A stretch of 64,000 nt of DNA from a virus. Positions within the stretch are counted from its first letter, which is position 1. Each line of letters opens with the position of its first letter. The translations under genes were made by a program, and so were the position numbers. The stretch covers positions 32,001 through 96,000 of the IMG/VR virus record IMGVR_UViG_3300047409_000574. One strand, 5' to 3'. Shown piece by piece: positions 18,847-30,800 of this stretch. A model generated the notes under the pieces. The model was given only the letters and a program-made list of their open reading frames with translations. It did no database searches and was not told the DNA's origin.

Positions 18847-21800
18847 CTCGCAGCCGCCGGAGCGGCAGCCGCCACCCGGAACCCTTCCCCCCGGTGAGGT
18901 GGCTGCCGCTCTTGGTGTGACCGCCGGTGCGGGCGCTGCGGTGGTGGCCCCGGCCGCGCCGGGCGTGGTGGTGGGGGCGGTCAGTGAGGCTGGGCTGCTG
19001 GCGGCGATGGCGGCGATCGTCAAGGCGTTCAGTGTGTTCCAGCGCAAGCGCCGGAAGGATGAGGCGATCTGGTTGACGGTGGCGTTGCGCCGCCAGTTTC
19101 CGCATCGCACGGAGAAGCAGATCACGACGCTGGTCGATGATGAGCTTCGCCGGGAGGCGGAGTTCCAGCGGAAGGCGCGCGACCGGATGGAGCGTGATCT
19201 GCCGAAGGCGTTGCGCATCTCTGATCCGGTGGAGCGGCAGGCGGCGGTGCAGGCGTTGCTCGACCGGGAGAAGCGCTACGTGGACATGCGTGAGGAGGCG
19301 ATGGCGAAGCGCGCGTCGGCGAAGGCGGAGTTGCACGACGTGAAGGAGGTCTCGCCGGACGGCGCGTACTGGAAGCTCGGCGACGCGGTCACCCACACTC
19401 TGGACTGTCACCCCCCAGGGGTTCTAGTCGAGGGGCCGGAGGCGCTGGCGTCCTTTGCCCGGCCATATACGGGAAAGCTCCTCCGCATCATGCTCGCCGG
19501 TGGACAGGAGCTTGCCGTCACCCCAAACCACCCGGTACTGACCGACGCCGGGTGGAAGGCCGCGAACACGATCCATGAAGGCGACTGCCTGTTCTGCGGC
19601 GGCAGGGGCGAGGGGGACGGCCTCACAGTGGACGACCATCAGGATGCGCCATCCAGCATCGCGGAGGTGTATCAGGCGCTTCAAGACGCGCCGACGAGCT
19701 TTAGGGCCACACGCAGTATCGGTGCGCTCGATTTCCACGGCGACGGCATGCCCGAGTCCGAAGTCAACGTTGTAGCGCTCGGCCGCGACTTGTTGAGGGA
19801 CTGGGTCGAAGCCCAGGTCGATGAGCCAGTCCCCGAAGATGTGTTCCTCGTTCGTGATCCAATGTGCGCTGGCCTGGCGACCGTTGGCGCGCGCGAGCAG
19901 CGCCGCGTCGGAAGGCTTGATTCCCTTGCGGGCGTGTTGGCCGACGGCGACGGCGACACGCCAGGTAGCTCTCTCGTCCGGGGTCATTCGGCCGACTGCC
20001 AGAGTCGTCGCTTCTCTGACGCCGCGTATCGTGACTCCCGCCTTGAGCAGCTTGCCCTTGAGCGCCTTGCGCGAGATGGAAAGCTCGTCGGCCAGACGCT
20101 TGACGGACTCGCCGGTCTCATAACGACGGACTATGTCGTCGAGGTTGTCGAGGACGATTTCTCTGGTCACGTCTACAGCCTTTCAACTCGTGGCGGGTGG
20201 TATGCGGCCAACGGAGTGATCGTCGCCAACTGCATGTTGATGGCCGAGCGCTTCTGGCCTTGGGTCGTATTAGACCAAGTTCACCCTCTCATGCATACCG
20301 GTTGCAAATGCTATTTGGTTTCCAAGCGAGAAGCCGTCGAGCGGGGCTACATGGAAGCGGACTTCGTGCCAGACGAGAAGGACGCCGTCGCAACCGCTGT
20401 TGCGAACATGCGCCGCGCCGGTCACATCCAGGAGGTGGCTTGGCCGGAGGAGATCGAGCAGTTCATCGAGGACACGCTGACCGAGGCTGACGAGGGCGCG
20501 TCGCTCGACGGGGCGATGATCGCGTTCTATGTGGAGCCGACCACGGCGAAGAAGCTCGCGCTCGGAGGCAAGGACACCGAGCCGCCGGAGCAGTTGCATG
20601 TCACGCTCAAGTTTCTGGGGGACGATGCGAGCAAGATCAAGAACCGCGCGAAGATCGAGCGGGTGCTGGCGGAGTTCGCGGCGGGCGAGAAGCCACTCGT
20701 GGGGAAGGTCGCGGGTCTCGGTGAGTTCAAGGCACCGTCGGGCGGCAAGGAGGGCACGGTGAAGCCGGTGTTCGCTAAGCCGGACGTGTCCGGCCTGTCG
20801 GCGTTCCACGATCGGCTGATCGACGCGCTGGGCAAGCTCGTGCGCGAGGACGACTACGACAGCTATGTGCCGCACATCACGCTGGCCTATGTGCCGAAGT
20901 CGAAGCCGCTCGGCGAGGTGGAGAAGCCACCGGCGTTGCCGTTGCGCTTCGAGGAGATCACGCTGGCGTGGGGCGGGGAGAAGAAGTCGTGGAAGCTTGG
21001 GGCGAAGCTCCAGGAGGCCCGGTGGGAGCGGCGCTTCCCGAAGGGGAGCGAGCACGCGGGTGAGTTTATGCCGAAGGCGGCGACGGCGATCCGGCGGACG
21101 GTGCGGGCGGCGCTCAAGGACTTGGTGCCTGCGAAGCCGGTGCCGTTGTTGCAGGAGCGCGGGAAGCCGCAGGGCCGCCATGTCTGGTTGCGTGGCCGGT
21201 TCGTGTTTGTGCCGCGTCGGAAGGCGTGGAACCGGAAGCTCGACCATGTGCACTTCCACTCTCCGGCGCAGTCCACGAACATCTACCGGAACGGGAATCT
21301 GGTGCAGATCGAGGGGCAGCCTGCGCCGCCGCACCATCACGATCTGAACCCGCCGACGGGCGCGGACATTCGCAACATTCCCGGCACGGCGGAGTACGAC
21401 CCCGGCCACCCGGACAAGGGCGATCCCGGCAAGCGTTCGGCGCGTTCGCAGGGGCGCACACGTGAGCAGGAGATCGGTTCGCTGGAGTCGCTGCTGCGCG
21501 ACCCGGAGCTTCCGCGTGACGATCGGATTCGCTATTCGGCGAAGTTGGCGGAGCTTCGCGGCGACCACAAGTTGGCGGCGAGCTTGCGCGCTCGACTGGG
21601 CGACAAGGGGGGCGTGCACGACGCACCGGACTTGAGCGACGAGGCTGTCGTGGCGTTGCGCGAGAAGATCGTTCAGGCGCGCGCGCCGGAGATGGATGAG
21701 GTGAACGCGCGGGTCGAGCGGGCGCTGGCCGAGCAGGACTTCAACGTGAAGCCGATCCTCGACGGTGACTCGATGCCGATTGTGTCGGAGGTGCTCGAAG

Positions 21801-24800
21801 CGCACGGCTTCGCGGCTGGCGGGGTGTGGCAAGACCACGCCAAGAAGCCGCTGTCGGAGTGGGGCACGGACACGTCGGTGTCGTTCTTCCATCCGGCGTC
21901 GGGCGCGCGGGTGACGGTGTGGTGGCGGATGGGCGAGTTCCGGGTCAGGCACGAGGTGTGGGGGCAGGGTCGGAAGAACTGGGATCACCCGCCCGAGCCG
22001 GACGATCATTCGCCGCGCGACTGGGAGGAGTTCGCCGACGAGGTGCGCGGGGTGGCGTTCCGGCTGGCGCACGAGAACGGTGCGTCGCCGAACGTCGGCG
22101 AGGTGGAGCACGACCCGACGGTGAGCGATCACGGCGGCTTCCACAACAGCTACACCGGCCTGATCCGTCTGGGCGAGGACTCCACTGACGTGCTCGATCT
22201 CGCCGCGCTACGCACGGGGACGACCTACGACAGACGGCCGTCGCCGGAGGTGTTGCAGGGCGTGTGGGCGTCGTACAAGGTCGGCGTGCACGAGGCGATC
22301 CACGGGGCCGGGAACGGGATCGGGAACGAATACCAGGTGGCGAGCCACAAGTCGGTCGAGGAGGCGCTGACTGAGGAGCTTGCGCATATCGAGACGGTGA
22401 AGCTGCTGCGCGCGCACGGCGCGACCGACGTGCTGGAGTGGTATCGCGCGCACCCGTTCGACTACCGCTCGCTCGGCACCTACTGGCCGCACCGGCGGGC
22501 GATCGACACGATCTTGAATCAGGCGGGGATCGCACCGGAGTTGCGGGAGGACTACCTGCGCAACCTGCGCTGGAACGTGAAGCCGTTTCTTCGGATCGAG
22601 ACGCTGGTGGACGCGGTGGTCGCCGGGCCGAATCCGCACAACAAGGATCGCGACAAGACCCATCACTGGGTGACCGATCTGCTCACGCGTGCGGAGGAGA
22701 CTGGCTACGGCGGCGACAAGTTCGTGCCGATCCTGCGCCCTGATCTGCGTGACATGGCGGGGCCGGACGGGGTGATGTGGAACGGCCGCCGGATCAGGGT
22801 CGGCTCGATCGTGCAGATCGAGACGGGCCGCCGGGAGAAGGGTCGCTGGAAGAAGGTGCTGGTCGATGCGGAGGTGCTCAAGGTCGGGCAGGCAGCCCAG
22901 CCGCCGTTCCTGTTCAAGCTCGATGTGCGCACGTCTGATGGCAAGCATCAGCACAACGTGATGAACACGCAGGTGAAGGGTGTGCATGCGACGCCGGAGT
23001 CAGTCGAGCCGCCGAGCATCGTGTTGGGCGACGCGCAGCAGGACAGCGCCGGGAAGTGGGCAGGCGAGGGCGCGCGAGTGCGGGTGCTCACCGGCCCACG
23101 TATGGGCGTCGAGGCGAACGTAGTGAGCGCGCGTTACGGCAGCCCCGGCATCCTCTTGCTCGACCACGGTGGCGAGGTTGGGACGCTGGAGACGACCACG
23201 CAGTTCACCGCCCCGCTGGAGAACCTGGAGGTTGTCCAGGAGTCGGAGCCGCCGCAGAAGATCACGGTCGGCGATCTGATCCGCTACGACGGCCGCGCGG
23301 ACGGCGGACTGTCGGAGGCGCGGGTGACCGGGATCGAGAAGTGGGGCAGCGGCGACCGGGCCGGGTTCTCGATCGAGGCGATCACGACGGAGAACAGTCT
23401 CAAGCCGGACACGCAGGTGACGTTGACGCAGGAGCGGATGACGACCGTGCAGGCGGTGCCGGAGGAGCCGCCGGTTGCGATGCCGGAGAACTGGCCGAGC
23501 TTGGCGGCGGTGGCGGTCGCGGCTGATCCCGGCGCGGTGCCGCCCGAGGCGCGCACGGCGGAGGAACGGCAGGCTCACGGCGAGCGGCTTGCGCGGGTGC
23601 GGGAGGAGTTCGCGAACGGCGTGCACGCGAAGTGGGGCGAGCGCGGGATGGGCACCCGGAGGACGAACACGGTGACGCCGATGGGGACGTGGAGGCGGCT
23701 CGCGCCGGACAAGATCGCGGCAGGCGACCATGTCCGGTTCACGTCTACCGGGCCGGTCGCGCCCGCGTTCGACTCGGAGGGCACGAAGCGGTCGTTCTTC
23801 GTCAAGACGGTGGTCTCCAGCGCGAAGGGCCGGGCGGTCGTCACTGACATAACCGGCGTGGAGTACACGATCACTTCGGCGCAGCGGCCGACTAAGGAGC
23901 ATCTCAAGACTGGCTACCACGATCTGTTGCTTCGGCTGGCGAAGGCCAAGGGCTACTTGGCGAGCCACACCGATCCGATGTATGCGATCTACGACCACCA
24001 GGACGACGTGCACAAGGTGCTGACGGGGCTGGTGACCAACCAGGAGGGGTCGCTCCAGTCGAGGCGTGAGGTGGCGGTACGGGTGCAGGGAGACTCGTTT
24101 GCGGCGGTGCTGGCGGCCGGGCGGATACAGAACGGTCACGAGGACGGCAGTCTGCTGCCCGTCCGGTGGAAGGACAGGCCCGGCGAGGGCGGCTACGGCG
24201 CGCGCCGGTGGGAGTGGGAGCAGCGGGCGTTCTCGATCCCGGAGGGCGCGCCCGCGGCCGACCATCCGATCTACGGCTACGTCGCGACGCCGAACGAGTC
24301 GCTCGACCGGTCGATCGCCAAGGCGTTCGGCGAGGTGAAGGTGACGCTCAAGGACACGGTGCGTCCGCGTACGACGGTCACCTACTCCGACTCGAACTAC
24401 ATCGGGGTGCCGACGGGGGATGCGATGCCGTCGCCGATCAACCGGCCGCAGGAGCACTCGGTGGTGCCGTGGCAGCACGAGGGGTTCGGCTGGGTGCGCA
24501 AGCCGGTGGTCGAGATGGGCGACCGGCCGCGCCCGTATCCGCCGTTCACCCCGAGGGAGGAGGCGCTGATCCGGCAGGCCGGGCACACGTGGGGCGCGAG
24601 CGACCCGAAGGAGATGGAGGCCAACCGGGAGGCGAAGCGTCGGGAGGTCGCGCGCGCGAAGGGCTGGGAGCCGTGGGCGCACGGCGACTTCATCGAGGCG
24701 CAGATTCACGGCGGGATCGGACTCGACGATGTGGCTCGGGTGGACTTCCCGGCGAGCTTGGAGTCGGTGCCGCCGGAGTGGACGGCGGAGCTTGACCGGC

Positions 24801-27800
24801 TGGGGATTCCGTGGGCGCACCAGCCGGTCGATGACGCGGGCGCAGGAGAGAAGGGTGACGCGCCGGGCGGGTATCCGAAGTCGTCGCCGGAGTCGTTGGA
24901 GATGCCTGCTGGGACAACGCTCTGGCATACGACTCCGGCCTACTCTGAGGATGCGGTTCGCGCCGAAGGGTTCCGGGCGAGTCCGCACGGCGAGAGCGGC
25001 CCAGGCATCTACATGACCGATGATCCGACGTTCCGCGACAGGATGACGCGGTACGAGGAACTGTCTGGGCGTGGCGGCGCGGAGCGGGTTGCGATCACCG
25101 CGATCACGACGAGGCCGCTGCGGCTGCTTGACCGGCAGACACCGGAGGGCGAGGCGCTGCTGCGCAAGATTCAGCAGGACGCGTCGGCGAGCGGGGAGGG
25201 TGCGCAGCCGGGGACGTTGACGGGGTTGCGGGCGGCTGGCTTCGACGGTGTCCGGTACGACTCGTTCGGCGACATGGAGGTCGTGATCCACGACCCGACG
25301 GCGCTGGCGATCGTCGGCGGCGAGAAGGGTGACGTGCAGGAGCCGTGGCAGGTGCCGAAGCTGGAGTTCGCACCGAAGCCGGACTATCCGAAGGAGGTGT
25401 TCGACGCGTACATCGCGCGCACGCTTCCGCAGGCGAAGAACGACGAGGTCGCGGACGCGTGGAACACGCTGCGCGAGCGCGAGCAGGAGTGGGACGCGAG
25501 CATGCGCCGGGCGCTCTCGCTCGGACAGATCACGCTCCCGGATGCGAAGGCGCTCGGCTACTACCCGATGGGCCACGAGCAGGAAAGCGAGTATGTAAAG
25601 GGGACGGGCTGGCAGCCGCTTCCGCCGGTGCTTTACCACGTGACGACGGCGGCGTCGGCGGTGCGCGCGATGGGTCTCAAGACTCGCGCCGAACTGGAGA
25701 TGGACAACGGAGTTGGTCTAGGCGCGGGCGACGACGCGACGATCAGCTTCACGGCTGATCTGCCGACGGCGGTGGGGATCGAGCGGGCGATCCGGGAGGC
25801 GGTCGAGGTGCTGGCCGGGCGGGTCACGCTCGACGAGATCATCGAGCGGGCCAAGACCGGTTCGGATGCGCAGCGGCCGTACTACAACGAGTGGGCGGAG
25901 AGCAGGAGTGGGCCGAACGGGGAGGAGCCGAAGTTCCTGGAGTGGATGCGCCGGGGCCGCAAGATCGACACGAGCTTCCAGGGCGCTTTGCTACCGACGC
26001 TGGCCGGGTGGCGGGAGGCGCTCGGTGTCGAGGATGTGGAGGGTGTCGGCGAGCCGTACATGGGCGCGAAGGACGGGGTGCCGCGCTTCGCGTCGGTGAC
26101 TCGTCCGATGACGGAGGAGGAGCGCCAGCACGCGGTCTGGGATGTGTGGCGGGAGCTTGCGATGTCCCGGGAGAACATCGGCGGCGGCCCGATCGACCCG
26201 ATGTTCATGTCCACGGACACGGCGGCGCTGGCGCGGGTTGATCCGAACGAGATCGCGACGCTGACGGTGCATCCGAAGCCGGGCGCGCAGGGCTACCCGA
26301 TGAGCGGGCTGGGGGAGTGGCGGACGGCGACCGGCGACGCGGTGCAGGTCGTGGGCCTGGGCGAGAAGGGCGACCCGCCAGTGGGGCCGCCTGGCCCGCG
26401 CGCGGAGGCGGTGCAGTTGACGCCGGAGGAGTTCGCGGCGCATCCGCGCACGTGGTGGCACGGCACGAAGTTCGGCAAGCTCGCGGACTCGGTCGAGACG
26501 AGCGGGCAGGGCTTCCACATCGGCACTTACGAGGCGGCGCGGGAGGCGGTTGCCGCGCAGACCGGAGACGATCCTGGCCCGCGAGGCGATCCGCAGGCGT
26601 TGGCGCTCGGTGTGTTCAGCAGGTACATGGTCGAGCCGCAGGCGCAGGCTGACGGTAGCTACACGTTCGACTACCAGACCGCGCCCGGCAAGGCATGGAA
26701 CCGCGACTACGGCACGATGCGGGTGCGGTTCGAGGGCGACTGGATCGTCGCTGATTCGACGCCAGGCCCGGCCGTGGAGACAGGAACGCGTACCGTCCAG
26801 TCCGCCACCGGGCCGATGGAGCTTCCGGCCTACGAGCCGTTTGAGCCGTGGTTGCGCACCGCGAGCAGGAGGTCGTGGTTGGGGGCGCGGTACAACGGCG
26901 TGGAGCTTCTGCCGCCGGGCAAGCGGCCGTACACAGACGCGGGCGTACTTGCTGGCCCGAACGCGCCATCGGAGCCGTTGGAGGGGATGAAGATGGTGCC
27001 GGTTTGGATTGTCGGGGAGATGACGAACACGCCCCGAGACCCGCGCAAGGATGGTGCGGCGAACGCCAGGATGACTTCGTTGCTCAAGCGCGGCCAGGCC
27101 CGGCGCGGCTGGTTCTACGAGAATGACTCTGAGGATGCCGGGTCGGTTTCGGCGGCGCTTCCCTCGCGCGCGCATGTGCGGACGCATGAGGACTTCGTGC
27201 GGGAGGCGGTGCAGAGCGGTGAGCCGGTGCCCGCGCATGTGCTTGCGAGCTACCCGGCGCTTGGTGAGAAGGGCGACGTGCCGCTCGACAGCTTGAACCC
27301 GACGGATGGAGTATTCGCGGACTACACCCCGGCAGAGCGCGCGAGCGCTCCGCTCGGTGGTGCTCTCACGACGCTCGACAAGACGATGGCGGTCGATCCC
27401 GAGACGCCGGTGACGATCTACCGTGGTGCTCCGGCGCATCAGCGGGAGATCGCGCCGGGCGACTTCGTCACCACGAACTTGCAACTCGCCAGGGACTACG
27501 GCGGCGGCCACGTGATCGAGAAGCAGGTGCCCGCATCGCATGTGCTCGATGACTCGTCGGAGCCGCTCGGCGAGGAATACATCTACCGTCCACCCCCGAT
27601 CACCGGTCGTCCGTTCGAGGCGACGATGTATCACGGCACGTTGCTGCGCAACCGGCCGTCGATTCTCCGGCACGGCCTGCGGCCCGACCCGGACACAAAC
27701 GACGTGTGGTTGACCGACAACGAGAAGAACGCTCGGAGCTACACCGACCGGACGATGATGGGCGCTCGCGGCGCGGTCGTGACGGCGAGGGTGCGGCTGG

Positions 27801-30800
27801 AGAATCCGTTTGTGATCGACCGGACAGGAGCGAACGCTGACCGTGATCTCTGGAAGCTGTTGGAGCCGGAAGGAATCAAGGACGGCGACGCGTTCTGGGG
27901 CGACGCGTTGAGGGCGCGTGGCTACGACGGGATCATTCATCGTGGCGATGAGGGAACCGATGTAGAGGTGTTCGGTGACCATGCGGGCCAGGTGTCGGTG
28001 CTCGGTGCGGAGAAGTCGAGCGGCGAGAAGGGCGGCGGCAGTCTCGGCGAGCACGACCATGTGAATCAGGGCTACTGGTCGGAGGACAACCCACTGTTCT
28101 TCCCAGAGCATCCCGCCGTTCAGTTGCAGGACGGACGAGAGCAGGCGTTCTGGAAGGCGACCTACTACCCGCGCATGGACGACTTCGACTTCTGGCTGGC
28201 GAACGAGAAGGGCATGCCGCACCACGACGAGGTGCGTAGCAACCGCGACCCGTTCGAGTCGCGTGGTGCGAGCATCGACGTAGCCGGGTACGGGCCGGAC
28301 TGGACGCCGGACAAGCACTACGCGGAGTGGATTCGCGAGGTGGCTGACAACATCGCGTCGGGTTCGACACCGGAGGAGCTTGGCTACCTGTACGCCGACG
28401 AGGTGCCGCCGCACGACGAACTGGTGCAGGAGGTCTACGACGACTTGGTGGGCCGGATTCGTCAGCGGGTGCGGGGCTACCGGCGTGACATGAATGACGC
28501 GGTCGCGATGGCGTCGGGCGAGAAGGGCGACCGGCCGTACAGTGTCGTGCCGGACGTGCCGCCGGGCGACAAGGGCGATGTTGGCCCGCCGCGGGTGTAC
28601 GCGCCGTTCGACCCGGCGGCGATCGGTCTGAACGAGAAGGACAGCGCGGGCAAGCTCTACACCTGGCACGGCGAGATGCAGAGGGCGACCGGCCAGCATG
28701 TGCGCGGCAACCCGATCGCGCCGAACGACCCGCGTATCCCGCCGGTGCTTTACCACGCGACGACGAACCTTCCGGCGGTGCTCGACGACGGCTACTTGCG
28801 CGGGCGCGGGGAGGGCGGGCTGGGCGGCGACGACACCGACCGGATCGTGAGCCTGACGACTGACGCGCAGACGGCCGTGCAGATCGCGGCCGACCTGCAC
28901 TTCCTGGGCAGGCTCGGCCGTGAGTTCCCGGTGATGCCTGCCTATTCGGAGACGAAGGTGCCGATCGAGGCGAGCGACCCGGAGTGGATGCAGAGCCTCG
29001 ATTCCAAGACGCTGATCGGGGACGAGCGTGTCGAGACGAACCAGCGGATAGTCGAGATGCTGGTTGCGCAGGCCAAGAGCGAGGGGTGGGAGTTCGGTTC
29101 CGCTGCGACGAAGGGCGACGGCGGCCCGTCGTGGAAAACCTACGACCTGGGTGACTGGTTGAACCAGTATTTCCATGAGCGCCGCTCGCAGATCGGAGTC
29201 CAGAACCCGATCGTGTTCAACACGACCGAGACGGCGCGCAGCATCGACCCGGACAAGGTCGGCGTGGTCGTGGTGGACAAGGCGGCGCTTGACAACGGGG
29301 CGGTGCTGACGGACTTCGATCTGTCGCGTGACTTCGGCTTGAGCGAGATCAGGAGCTACGGCGACGTGCGGGTGACGGGGCCGATCCGCGACTCGCTGCT
29401 CGTCGGTTACGGCGCGCCCGGCCTGGCGACGGGGGAGAAGGGCGGCACGCCGGACACGGTCGAGCCGCACATCGTGGCGGCCTACGAGGCGCGCAAGGCG
29501 CTGCACGAACTGCTCTACCGGCGCAACGGGATCGAGCACCAGGACACGCCGGAGTGGCGGGCGGCCGACGAGGCGGTGCAGGCGGGCGAACGGGTGACGG
29601 CGGAGGCCGAACGTGTCGCGGGCGGCCGGGTGTTCCGGCTGCGCGAGGATCAGTTGCACCAGGCGAACAAGAAGATCAACGACCTCGCGCGCCGGGCAGC
29701 CAAGCTCGGGCTGGCCGAGCCGCGCATTGTGCCGATGGGCGACGAGTTCCACCCGGTGATGAAGGACGGCCAGCCGACCGGCGACCTGGCGAAGCTTTCC
29801 TACATCCGCGTGGAGGGTGAGGAGCCGAAGATCGCAGGCTGGGAGTTCCTGGCGACGTTGCAGCATCTCGGCGGCGTGAATGTGGTGCGCCGGGTGCCGG
29901 GCAACGATGAGGGCATCTCGTTGGAGCAGTACCACCACGGCGACGCGGTCTGCGACTACTGCAAGACCAAGCGCGACCGGAAGGACACGTTCATCGTGCG
30001 CAACGTCGAGTCCGGGCTGACCCAGCAGATCGGCCGGTCGTGCCTCAAGGACTTCCTGGGGCACGGCGATCCGACGGCTATCGCGGCGTACTTGGAGCGC
30101 TGGCGGGCGATGGACGATCTCGGCAGCCTGGGGGATGACGACGGGGAGGGTGGCGGGCGCGTCAAGACGTATCTGCCGCTCGACGACTACTTGACGCATG
30201 TGGCGACGATGCTGCGCACGCAGGGCTGGTCGCCGCGCTCGGGCACCGGGTTCGCGACGGCGGATGCTGCGCGGGAGAACCACTACAACTTTGTGCGCAA
30301 GAACAACGACCAGCGCGGCAGGCCGATGTACGAGGTGCCGACGGCGGAGGATGAGCAGCGGGCGAAGGACGCGCTCGACTGGGTGCGCACCACGCTCGCG
30401 CCGAAGCAGAACAAGTCGGAGTTCGAGCACAACATGGCGGCGATGACGAGCGGGTCGCATGTGCCGGAGCGCGGGGAGGGGATCGTCGCCTACGTGCCGG
30501 TCGCGCACGCGAAGGCGCTGGAGAAGGAGATCGTGCTCCAGCGCGAGCAGACAGCACGCGGCACGTCGGAGCATCTCGGCACGGTGAAGGAGCGCTTGAA
30601 GCTGCGGCTGACGGTGGAGGCGGTGTTCGAGCGCGAGGGTGACTACGGGGTGACGTACATCACCCGGATGGCCGACCCGGACGGGAACATCGTCAAGTGG
30701 TTCGGCTCCTACCCGTTGGAGCAGGGCAAGACCTACGAGGGCATGTGGGGGGTGAAGAAGCACGACGAGTACAAGGGCGGCAAGGAGACGGTCGTGACCC

